This document shows positions 6,609-13,018 of a DNA stretch of 32,000 nt, in pieces. The position numbers were made by a program, and so were the translations under genes. The notes beneath the pieces were generated by a model. That model did not search any database and was not told the origin of the DNA. It worked only from the letters and a program-made list of their open reading frames with translations. How positions within the stretch are numbered: the first letter of the stretch is position 1; every line of letters starts with the position of its first letter. The stretch lies in NCBI RefSeq assembly GCF_014280195.1, contig NZ_CP047960.1, positions 1,290,001-1,322,000 on the forward strand, written 5' to 3'. Source of the stretch: Synechococcus sp. A15-24. Its GTDB lineage: Bacteria > Cyanobacteriota > Cyanobacteriia > PCC-6307 > Cyanobiaceae.

Positions 6609-7142
6609 ATGCGCTTGAACTTCATTCCCATCCACGTGTTTCGCGAGACACCTGCTGTCACCTTTTTTGATGCCGGTGTCTCAGGAAGCAATGGCACCGA
6701 TGTCGTTGCCCACCACAGTGCAGCAACGTCACCCCCTGATCTCGACTGCTCTGAGCAGTACTACGTCCACCAACATCAGATCGACCACAATCTGGTCCTG
6801 ACTGGGCAAAGAGTGTTCACGCTGTTGAATCCAACCTGGGATCAACCCCACCATGTGATTCATCTCGTTCGGGCCATGGGGGCACTGCAGATCCCCATCG
6901 GAACGTTTCACCGCTCAGTGTCCGGCGAGGACGGCAGCCTTGTGTTGAATCAATCCGTACGGGATCCAAACTTCAACTACGCCACTGAATTCATCCCGGT
7001 CAAGCTCAGCGACCGTCACGATCTGATGACGGCAAGAAACAGTCCACCCTGGGTGTGGACCTGGCGCGACGGCCACATCTGTCGCCATCACAGCATCAGC
7101 GAAGGAGACTGCGTTGCCGTCTCCGATTTCCAAGGCGCTTGA
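6609..7142 (+). CDS. Cupin-like protein, distantly AllA-like
   Basis: 177 aa. HQHQIDHNLVLTGQRVFTLLNP and GALQIPIGTFHRSVSGEDGSLVLNQSVRD mirror the two motif blocks of the 1379..1894 protein and of AllA (H-x-x-x-x-Q...G-x-x-V-F...; G-x-x-h-x-h-P-x-GT-aromatic-H...). It starts 28 nt after the mini-protein stop. Confidence 0.55.
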   Translation: MRLNFIPIHVFRETPAVTFFDAGVSGSNGTDVVAHHSAATSPPDLDCSEQYYVHQHQIDHNLVLTGQRVFTLLNPTWDQPHHVIHLVRAMGALQIPIGTFHRSVSGEDGSLVLNQSVRDPNFNYATEFIPVKLSDRHDLMTARNSPPWVWTWRDGHICRHHSISEGDCVAVSDFQGA

Positions 7143-7251
7143 CCAATCGCTCCCGTGCACCGAAGTGACGCTGCTGTTCAACCAAGACCAGCCGCCAGCC
7201 AAGCCAGGAGATGGCCGTCAGGACGATCACAACAGTGACAAGCAGGAGCAT
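7096..7251 (-). CDS. Possible 51-aa single-TM micro-protein
   Basis: My translation is MLLLVTVVIVLTAISWLGWRLVLVEQQRHFGARERLVKRLGNRRRQRSLLR. It has one TM helix and a basic tail. It is in the same frame as the upstream Cys-rich ORF and 2 codons past that ORF's TGA. The 3' end is antisense to the last 47 nt of the cupin gene. Confidence 0.25.
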   Translation of the reverse strand: MLLLVTVVIVLTAISWLGWRLVLVEQQRHFGARERLVKRLGNRRRQRSLLR

Positions 7252-7257
7252 CACGAT

Positions 7258-7413
7258 TCAAAGGCAAAGACTGCTGGTCCAGAGCTCCTCATCGTCTCCC
7301 AGGTGGTCACGCACGCAGGTCGTGACGCACAACCCGTCATCGATCGAGCAGTGCGTGATGCACTCCATGCAGGCCTCAACGGCGTCCCATTGGCGTTGAG
7401 CTTCAGAGTCCAA
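7258..7413 (-). CDS. Possible Cys-rich micro-protein (36-51 aa)
   Basis: My translation from TTG 7413 is LDSEAQRQWDAVEACMECITHCSIDDGLCVTTCVRDHLGDDEELWTSSLCL. The first ATG is at 7368. The Cys spacing is C-x2-C-x3-C-x6-C-x3-C. GC3 is clearly higher in this frame than in the codon-aligned plus-strand track ORF 7114..7458, which I treat as its shadow. Confidence 0.35.
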   Translation of the reverse strand: MDSEAQRQWDAVEACMECITHCSIDDGLCVTTCVRDHLGDDEELWTSSLCL

Positions 7414-7493
7414 GGGCTTCTGAGATCACTCCCTGCGTTTTACGTCAGCAACCGCTGACTGTCTGCATTTCGGTGAAGAGGCGTGAAGCGTGC

Positions 7494-7691
7494 TCAGCGC
7501 TGACCATCTTCATACAGGGTGCACTCCAGCAAGGCGGCATAAAGCAAGCGTTGCAGCGTCTGGAGATCCTGCTGCTCCCGCGGATCCGGCCCACCAGGCC
7601 ATCGCTCGAGGTAGTAAGCCACCGAGCGATGGAGCAGGCGAATGGCATCAGCATCCAGGTCGAACTGAAGCCTTGGCGCTTGATCGGTCAT
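7494..7691 (-). CDS. Conserved hypothetical protein (65 aa, helical)
   Basis: MTDQAPRLQFDLDADAIRLLHRSVAYYLERWPGGPDPREQQDLQTLQRLLYAALLECTLYEDGQR. It has good GC3 bias. The two overlapping plus-strand track ORFs look like shadows. Confidence 0.5.
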   Translation of the reverse strand: MTDQAPRLQFDLDADAIRLLHRSVAYYLERWPGGPDPREQQDLQTLQRLLYAALLECTLYEDGQR

Positions 7692-7774
7692 AAATCGATT
7701 CTGACTGAACCAGGGCTTGACACGGGAGCCTTACCGGATTAGTACATCAGTACTGAAGTGATGGAATCGAGCAC

Positions 7775-8020
7775 ATGGCGACGCCGAATCAGCCGCACTG
7801 GACCACGATCACCACGGCGACGTTACGCCCAAGCCGGTCGTCCATGGTTTGCATCACCTGCCAACAATTCCGCCATGCCCTGACAGAGGACGGATCAACC
7901 ATCCCAGCCTGCAACCGCCACGAACGACTCCTGCCCCAGGGCGCACATCTGAACCATCGCTGCCATCAGTGGATGCAACGCCTTGAACATGAGATTGGCT
8001 GGTGCCCAGAAGCTGCCTGA
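7775..8020 (+). CDS. Small Cys/His-rich hypothetical protein (81 aa, or 58 aa from ATG 7844)
   Basis: ...MVCITCQQFRHALTEDGSTIPACNRHERLLPQGAHLNHRCHQWMQRLEHEIGWCPEAA. A C-x2-C pair plus further Cys/His residues suggest a small metal-binding fold. A consensus TTGACA lies about 55 nt upstream. Confidence 0.45.
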   Translation: MATPNQPHWTTITTATLRPSRSSMVCITCQQFRHALTEDGSTIPACNRHERLLPQGAHLNHRCHQWMQRLEHEIGWCPEAA

Positions 8021-8210
8021 TGGGATATGGACAAGAGCATTGCGTTCATCTGACGTTCTTGCGTGTTCATGAACGAGCGACGTCATAACCGACCGACAAC
8101 CGCCGGAATCAGCAACGCATTCACCAGATCCAGGAAGAAGGCTGATACCAGCGGCACGATCAAAAAGACTCACCTGGATGGTCCGTACTGCTGCATTGCG
8201 GCGGCGCTTG

Positions 8211-8246
8211 CACCAACAAAAAGCCCCCACCTGCGGTGGGGGCTTT
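8211..8246 (-). terminator. Rho-independent terminator of psbA
   Basis: A perfect 11-bp stem pairs AAAGCCCCCAC (8220-8230) with GTGGGGGCTTT (8236-8246) around a 5-nt loop. On the minus strand the hairpin is followed by TTTTTGTTGG. It lies about 60 nt downstream of the psbA stop. Confidence 0.75.
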
Positions 8247-8304
8247 CCAATTCAGTTGATCTGAATCGTTTGTTCTATTCCCGAAGGAACAGGTTGATTC
8301 CAGA

Positions 8305-9381
8305 TCAACCGATGGCAGGTGCCTGCAGAGCCACAGGAGTGGACTCAGCAGTTGCCAGGTCTAGGGGGAAGTTGTGAGCGTTGCGCTCGTGCATCACTTC
8401 CATGCCGAGGCCGGCACGGTTCACCATGTCAGCCCAGGTGTTCACAACACGGCCCTGTCCATCAAGGATGGACTGGTTGAAGTTGAAGCCGTTCAGATTG
8501 AAGGCCATGGTTGACACGCCCATGGACGTGAACCAGATGCCGACAACAGGCCAGGCGCCCAGGAAGAAGTGGAGGCTACGGCTGTTGTTGAAGGAGGCGT
8601 ATTGGAAGATCAGGCGACCGAAGTAACCGTGGGCAGCCACGATGTTGTAGGTCTCTTCCTCTTGGCCGAACTTGTAGCCGTAGTTCTGGGACTCGGTCTC
8701 GGTGGTTTCACGCACCAGGGAGGAGGTCACCAGGGAGCCGTGCATGGCGGAGAACAGGGAGCCACCGAACACACCTGCAACACCCAGCATGTGGAAGGGG
8801 TGCATCAGGATGTTGTGCTCAGCCTGGAACACCAGCATGAAGTTGAACGTGCCGGAGATGCCCAGGGGCATGCCATCGGAGAAGGAGCCCTGACCGAAGG
8901 GATAGACCAGGAAAACAGCCATCGCAGCAGACAGCGGAGCGCTGTAGGCGACACAGATCCAGGGGCGCATGCCCAGGCGGTAGGAGAGTTCCCACTGACG
9001 ACCCATGTAGGCGGAAATGCCGATCAGGAAGTGGAAGCAAACCAGCTGATAAGGGCCGCCGTTGTACAGCCACTCATCAAGAGAAGCAGCTTCCCAAATG
9101 GGATAGAAGTGCAGGCCAATGGCGTTGCTGGAAGGAACAACAGCACCGGAGATGATGTTGTTGCCGTAGATCAGGGAGCCAGCGACAGGCTCACGAATGC
9201 CATCGATATCGACGGGGGGCGCTGCGATGAACGCAATGGTGAAGCAGATGGTGGCCGCCAGCAGGCAGGGAATCATCAGCACGCCGAACCAACCCACATA
9301 AATGCGGTTGTTGGTGTCGGTCACCCACTGACAAAAAGCTTCCCAGTTGCTCTGGCGTCCGCTGCGAATGGCGGTGGACAT
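8305..9381 (-). CDS. psbA: Photosystem II reaction-centre protein D1 (D1:1-type isoform)
   Basis: The track ORF extends to 9435. The true start is ATG 9381 ([38 protein letters not shown]...), giving 358 aa. The D1 sequence is unmistakable throughout, including [37 protein letters not shown] and the C-terminal processing site ...PLDLA/TAES... The motif [10 protein letters not shown] has Gln at the position-130 equivalent. Confidence 0.97.
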   Translation of the reverse strand: MSTAIRSGRQSNWEAFCQWVTDTNNRIYVGWFGVLMIPCLLAATICFTIAFIAAPPVDIDGIREPVAGSLIYGNNIISGAVVPSSNAIGLHFYPIWEAASLDEWLYNGGPYQLVCFHFLIGISAYMGRQWELSYRLGMRPWICVAYSAPLSAAMAVFLVYPFGQGSFSDGMPLGISGTFNFMLVFQAEHNILMHPFHMLGVAGVFGGSLFSAMHGSLVTSSLVRETTETESQNYGYKFGQEEETYNIVAAHGYFGRLIFQYASFNNSRSLHFFLGAWPVVGIWFTSMGVSTMAFNLNGFNFNQSILDGQGRVVNTWADMVNRAGLGMEVMHERNAHNFPLDLATAESTPVALQAPAIG

Positions 9382-9545
9382 AACAGAAAAGAAGACGGAT
9401 AAACCGCTCTCCCAATCAGGAGATCGGTGGATCAAGACTATGGAGAGGACGCAGCAATACCCTGTTTTTCAATATTCCGAATCAACCCTCAACGCAAGTT
9501 CATGAAGCACTACATGAAGCATTCATGAAGTTACTTGAAGCAACC
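9382..9545 (-). promoter_or_regulatory. psbA 5' UTR / promoter region with four phased direct repeats
   Basis: The intergenic region upstream of psbA contains CATGAAGCA (9501-9509), CATGAAGCA (9513-9521), CATGAAG (9524-9530) and CTTGAAGCA (9534-9542). It also contains two perfect TTCATGAA palindromes (9499-9506, 9522-9529). I could not place confident -35/-10 hexamers. Confidence 0.4.
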
Positions 9546-10959
9546 AGCGACGTGAACCCTGCAGAAAGTCATTCCAATTCAGCCGTTCCTCCGCCGCCGC
9601 TTTGGCCACCAGCAAGGGAGCCCGCTGCCGAAGTTCAACAAGATCCGGCTCGGCGACGCCTGCACTGAGGGCCAACCAATCAGCCATGGACCGCCCCACA
9701 ACCCGCGTCAGGTAGGCAGCACTCAAGGCCTGCATGGACCCTGCCACCAGCCAGGTGCCTCCATCCAGCTTCGCCAGTCCCAGCAGAGTCTGACCGGTCC
9801 ACTCGACCACCCCCTGAGCAAGGGCGACACGGGCCAGCTGGGCGGCTGCCTCCTGAAGAAGCTCGATCTTCGCCGTTGAGCCCCAGATCATCGCCATCTC
9901 ACGGATCATCAGACCGTTGGCGACGGCTACAGCCAGAAGATCGACGCTGGCCAATGGCGAAGCGAAAACCGACCCCGCCACAAGCCACTGGGTCCGTCCC
10001 TGCAGTTGCTGAAAACGGACCCAACGCAACTGTTCAAGCTCCGCCTGCCAGGTCTGATGGAGACCACGCAGGAGGCGTTGACGGGTTTCAGCCAGCAATC
10101 CAGCCTTCTGAAGCTCGCGACGAATCGGGACGAGGGCACGCCGCAGATGGGCGTCCCCGTTCTGCATCACCGCCATGCGCTCAAACCAGCGATCATCGAG
10201 CTGCGGAGCCAGCTCAGCCTGGGTCTCGCTGCTGGATTGCTCCTGCCCCGATCGCACCAGCAACCAGGCCGGCTGTTCGCGTGGCAACTGCTGCAGCCAG
10301 AGAAGATCCGCCGCCATCAATGGCGCCGACAAGCTGAACAGGATCAGGTCCTGATCCTTCAACCCTGAGGGCCAGATCCGTTCACCGTCCTGGGAGTCCA
10401 GGGGATGGGCTAACGACAGTTCCAGCGACTTCGAACCGGTCAGGGCCTGCTGAAGAGGCTCCAGCGCTGGTCGACTACTGGCGTCAACACAGACCAACGC
10501 CACCTTCAGAGGCTCCTCGCGCTCGATGACCTGTTGCAATCTCAGCCTCCGCAACCGTCCACCTGCGGCTGTCTCACCTTCAAAGGCCTCGAACTGGTCC
10601 AGGACGGAACGACAGCGGTCAACCCATCCCTGAACCGTGGAGGGCTCCTTGAAGCTGGGTGTCCTGGAGCGTCGACCGAACCAGATCACCCCGGCACCTG
10701 CGGCCAGCAGCCCCAGACCGCCGCCGGGAACATGCAAAAGGTCATTGACCAGCCACTGACCCAGCAACAAGCCGCCACCCGCCAGAGCAATCGGTCCCAC
10801 CAGGGCTTGGCGAGGCGGCAAGAGGGGAGCCAGCGACAGCGGAAATTTCAAAGCAACGCCGGGACGACGAGTGGTTGTCTTAGCCCAGAGAGCGATCGGA
10901 AACCAGAAAGACCGGTCAGAGCGTTGACTTCTCCATACCGTGTGGTGGTTGCTGCACAC
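9523..10959 (-). CDS. DUF697 domain membrane protein (slr1306/YcjF-like)
   Basis: The 478-aa ORF has N-terminal TM helices (GPIALAGGGLLLGQWLV, GLGLLAAGAGVIWFG). The C-terminal block ASPLASVDLLAVAVANGLMIREMAMIWG...AQGVVEW...AGSMQALSAAYLTRVVG fits DUF697. The start is uncertain, since ATG 10959 leaves only 5 nt to the divergent CDF gene. An in-frame TTG at 10851 is an alternative. Confidence 0.65.
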   Translation of the reverse strand: MCSNHHTVWRSQRSDRSFWFPIALWAKTTTRRPGVALKFPLSLAPLLPPRQALVGPIALAGGGLLLGQWLVNDLLHVPGGGLGLLAAGAGVIWFGRRSRTPSFKEPSTVQGWVDRCRSVLDQFEAFEGETAAGGRLRRLRLQQVIEREEPLKVALVCVDASSRPALEPLQQALTGSKSLELSLAHPLDSQDGERIWPSGLKDQDLILFSLSAPLMAADLLWLQQLPREQPAWLLVRSGQEQSSSETQAELAPQLDDRWFERMAVMQNGDAHLRRALVPIRRELQKAGLLAETRQRLLRGLHQTWQAELEQLRWVRFQQLQGRTQWLVAGSVFASPLASVDLLAVAVANGLMIREMAMIWGSTAKIELLQEAAAQLARVALAQGVVEWTGQTLLGLAKLDGGTWLVAGSMQALSAAYLTRVVGRSMADWLALSAGVAEPDLVELRQRAPLLVAKAAAEERLNWNDFLQGSRRWLLQVTS

Positions 10960-10964
10960 GATGG

Positions 10965-11903
10965 ATGGCCATCGCCCTGGAGAGCCACGGAGGCGGCAGG
11001 TCCGGTGACCGGCGATCAGACGTCCGCCGGGTGCTGATGGTGGCCCTTGGGCTGAACATCAGCATGTCGCTGTTGAAATTGCTGGTGGGCGTCACCAGCG
11101 GATCGCTGGCGGTGATCGCTGATGCCATGCACAGCGCCACGGATGCACTCTCCAGCCTCACGGGGTTGATCACCAACAACCTCTCCGACCCTCAGCCGGA
11201 TCGGGATCACCCCTACGGCCACCACAAATACGAAGCCGTCGGTGCCCTCGGTATTGCTGGATTCATCCTGTTCACAGCGCTGGAGATTCTGCTGCGCTCC
11301 GGGGAACGGCTGCTGGAAGGGCTTCCGCCGATCCGCGTCGGGGGGCAGGAACTGATGCTGCTGGTGCTGGTCCTTGGGTTCAACCTTCTGTTGGCGGGCT
11401 ACGAACACCGGGAAGGTCGACGCCTCAACAGCTCTCTGCTCAAGGCCGATGCGCAGCACGCCGCCAGCGATGTATGGACCACTGTGGTGGTGCTGCTTGG
11501 GATGGCAGGTGCCCTCTGGCTCCAGATCTCCTGGCTGGACATCGCTCTGGCGATTCCGATGGCACTGCTTTTGATCAGGGTGTGCTGGCAGGTGCTACGC
11601 CGCACCCTGCCCTGGCTGGTGGACCACATCGCGATCGCGCCGGAATCCATCCACAGGGAAGTGATGGCTGTGGCCGGCGTGATCAACTGTCACGACATCG
11701 CCAGTCGCGGCGTTCTGGGTCAGCAGGTGTTCATCGACATGCACATGGTGGTGGAGACCAACGATCTATCAACAGCCCACCGCATCACTGAACTGGTAGA
11801 GGAGCGACTCGATCGGGTCTTCGGGCCGGTGCGCTGCACGATTCATCTTGAGCCCAAGGATTATGTGGAGGACGGGATCACCTACACCGGCACCCATGGT
11901 TGA
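10965..11903 (+). CDS. Cation diffusion facilitator (CDF) family metal efflux transporter
   Basis: 312 aa. TM2 carries the motif SGSLAVIADAMHSATDALSS and TM5 carries HAASDVWTTVVVLLG. The cytoplasmic C-terminal domain (VINCHDIASRG...VFIDMHMVV) is classic for CDF/FieF-like proteins. Confidence 0.9.
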   Translation: MAIALESHGGGRSGDRRSDVRRVLMVALGLNISMSLLKLLVGVTSGSLAVIADAMHSATDALSSLTGLITNNLSDPQPDRDHPYGHHKYEAVGALGIAGFILFTALEILLRSGERLLEGLPPIRVGGQELMLLVLVLGFNLLLAGYEHREGRRLNSSLLKADAQHAASDVWTTVVVLLGMAGALWLQISWLDIALAIPMALLLIRVCWQVLRRTLPWLVDHIAIAPESIHREVMAVAGVINCHDIASRGVLGQQVFIDMHMVVETNDLSTAHRITELVEERLDRVFGPVRCTIHLEPKDYVEDGITYTGTHG

Positions 11904-12414
11904 TCCAGCCAATCCCCTGGAGGGATTGACCAGGCGCCAGCTGCAGGGTCTGCACAACCTGCTGAGCGACGTGCGCAGCTCACTGGCCTGGTCGTGGCAG
12001 CTTCCTGTGCTGATCCGACAACGCTGCTGGCTTCGCTTGGAAATGATTGAGCTGGGCAACTTGCACCGATGGTTGCCACCTGACGGCTGTGAAGAGGCCC
12101 CGGAACTGTGCCGCTACCGCGAGCTGGTGGCGCAGGGATGGTCGCCGCTGCAGGCCCAGGAACAGTGCTGGCAGGAATTCGGGGACGATGACTGTCGCAC
12201 TGCCCTGCAACGGTTCTGGGCCAGTCAGCAGGATCGGAAGCACGACTGGACCGTACAGCGATATCTGGCCTTGATCAGCTGCTATCGGCGCTCCATCGAA
12301 GCGGGTGTGGCCACCATCCCGATGCTGGTGCTGCCCCGAGCTGGGGGAGCGACAGATCATCAGCTGCACTGGGTTTCGGACAGCACACCGTCGATGCGGC
12401 ACACTTGCGCCTGA
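11896..12414 (+). CDS. Conserved hypothetical Trp/Cys-rich protein (172 aa)
   Basis: Track ORF 11848..12414. I prefer ATG 11896 (MVDPANPLEGLTRRQLQGL...), which overlaps the CDF stop as ATGGTTGA. No family recognised. Confidence 0.5.
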   Translation: MVDPANPLEGLTRRQLQGLHNLLSDVRSSLAWSWQLPVLIRQRCWLRLEMIELGNLHRWLPPDGCEEAPELCRYRELVAQGWSPLQAQEQCWQEFGDDDCRTALQRFWASQQDRKHDWTVQRYLALISCYRRSIEAGVATIPMLVLPRAGGATDHQLHWVSDSTPSMRHTCA

Positions 12415-12430
12415 TTCCAGGCCATGGGCC

Positions 12431-13015
12431 ATGAGTGATTCCTACGGCGAACCCCAACAGCAGGGGGCTCAAGGCGACGGTTCTCGCGGTGACGGTTACC
12501 GCGGTGAAGGTGGTCGAGGCGGCGGCCGTGGCGGCCGTGGCCCTGGCAACCGCGAGGGCGGTGGATTCCGCATCCGCCTGAGCGAGAACGAGATGCGTTC
12601 TGCCCGTGCGCTGCAGGAGGCCTTCAACCTTCGCTCCACCGTGGCTGTTCTCGGTTTCGCCTTGCGAACCCTGGGTCAGATGCTGGAAGACGGTCAGTTG
12701 GATGAGCTGATCGAACAGCAACGCAATCAGGCCCCACGAGGCCGCCGCGAGGGCGGTGGACGTGATGGTGGCGGTCGAGACGGTGGCGGTCGCGGGCGGC
12801 GCTCGGATGATGATCGCCAAGGCGGTCGTGGCTCCCGCCCCGATCCTTTCGCTCGCCCCGCCAAGCCTCAACCCGAACCGGAGCCGACGCCGGAACCGGA
12901 ATCGACCCCCGAAGAAGCGGCGCCATCAGACGCTCCCGCAGAGGACACACCAGCGGAGGTTTCGACAGACCTTCCCAACGAGGAGGAGTCCAAAGCAGCA
13001 ACCCCTGAGGCCTGA
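12431..13015 (+). CDS. RGG/RG-repeat protein with a ribbon-helix-helix-like core and an acidic Pro/Glu-rich tail (194 aa)
   Basis: Track ORF 12305..13015. I prefer ATG 12431 (MSDSYGEPQQQGAQGDGSRGDGYRGEGGRGGGRGGRG...). The core is GFRIRLSENEMRSARALQEAFNLRSTVAVLGFALRTLGQMLEDGQLDELIEQQ. It is followed by GGRDGGGRDGGGRGRR and then PQPEPEPTPEPESTPEE. The minus ORF 12275..12871 is a shadow. Confidence 0.65.
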   Translation: MSDSYGEPQQQGAQGDGSRGDGYRGEGGRGGGRGGRGPGNREGGGFRIRLSENEMRSARALQEAFNLRSTVAVLGFALRTLGQMLEDGQLDELIEQQRNQAPRGRREGGGRDGGGRDGGGRGRRSDDDRQGGRGSRPDPFARPAKPQPEPEPTPEPESTPEEAAPSDAPAEDTPAEVSTDLPNEEESKAATPEA

Positions 13016-13018
13016 TCC

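Noticed and set aside
7258-7413. Whether the Cys-rich micro-ORF is a lanthipeptide (prochlorosin-like) precursor.
   Set aside because: It has no Nif11 or NHLP-type leader and no GG/GA cleavage motif before a Cys/Ser/Thr-rich core. No LanM-type synthetase or transporter is present in the window.
7114-7458. A 114-aa plus-strand ORF overlapping the end of the cupin gene.
   Set aside because: It is codon-aligned antisense to the minus-strand Cys-rich and TM micro-ORFs. Its third positions are A/T-rich relative to the minus frame, and its product is low-complexity. I kept it only as the alternative hypothesis in the corresponding finding.
6271-7712. An exact 12-mer, CTGACTGAACCA, present at 6271-6282 and at 7701-7712.
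   Set aside because: In a 32-kb window, exact 12-mer repeats are expected by chance (on the order of tens of pairs). The flanks show no extended similarity.
8083-8163. A 26-aa hydrophobic micro-ORF (LIVPLVSAFFLDLVNALLIPAVVGRL) on the minus strand just past the psbA terminator, preceded by AGGTGA. I considered a photosystem or cytochrome b6f small subunit.
   Set aside because: It has a non-ATG start. It does not match any small PSII, PSI or b6f subunit sequence I can recall (PsbX/Y/M/T/I/K, PsaM, PetG/L/M/N, Ycf12). It is too short to distinguish from chance without comparative data.
11631-11638. A HIP1 palindrome, GCGATCGC.
   Set aside because: Only a single copy was noticed in 32 kb. It is not enriched, which is consistent with marine picocyanobacteria rather than HIP1-rich freshwater lineages.
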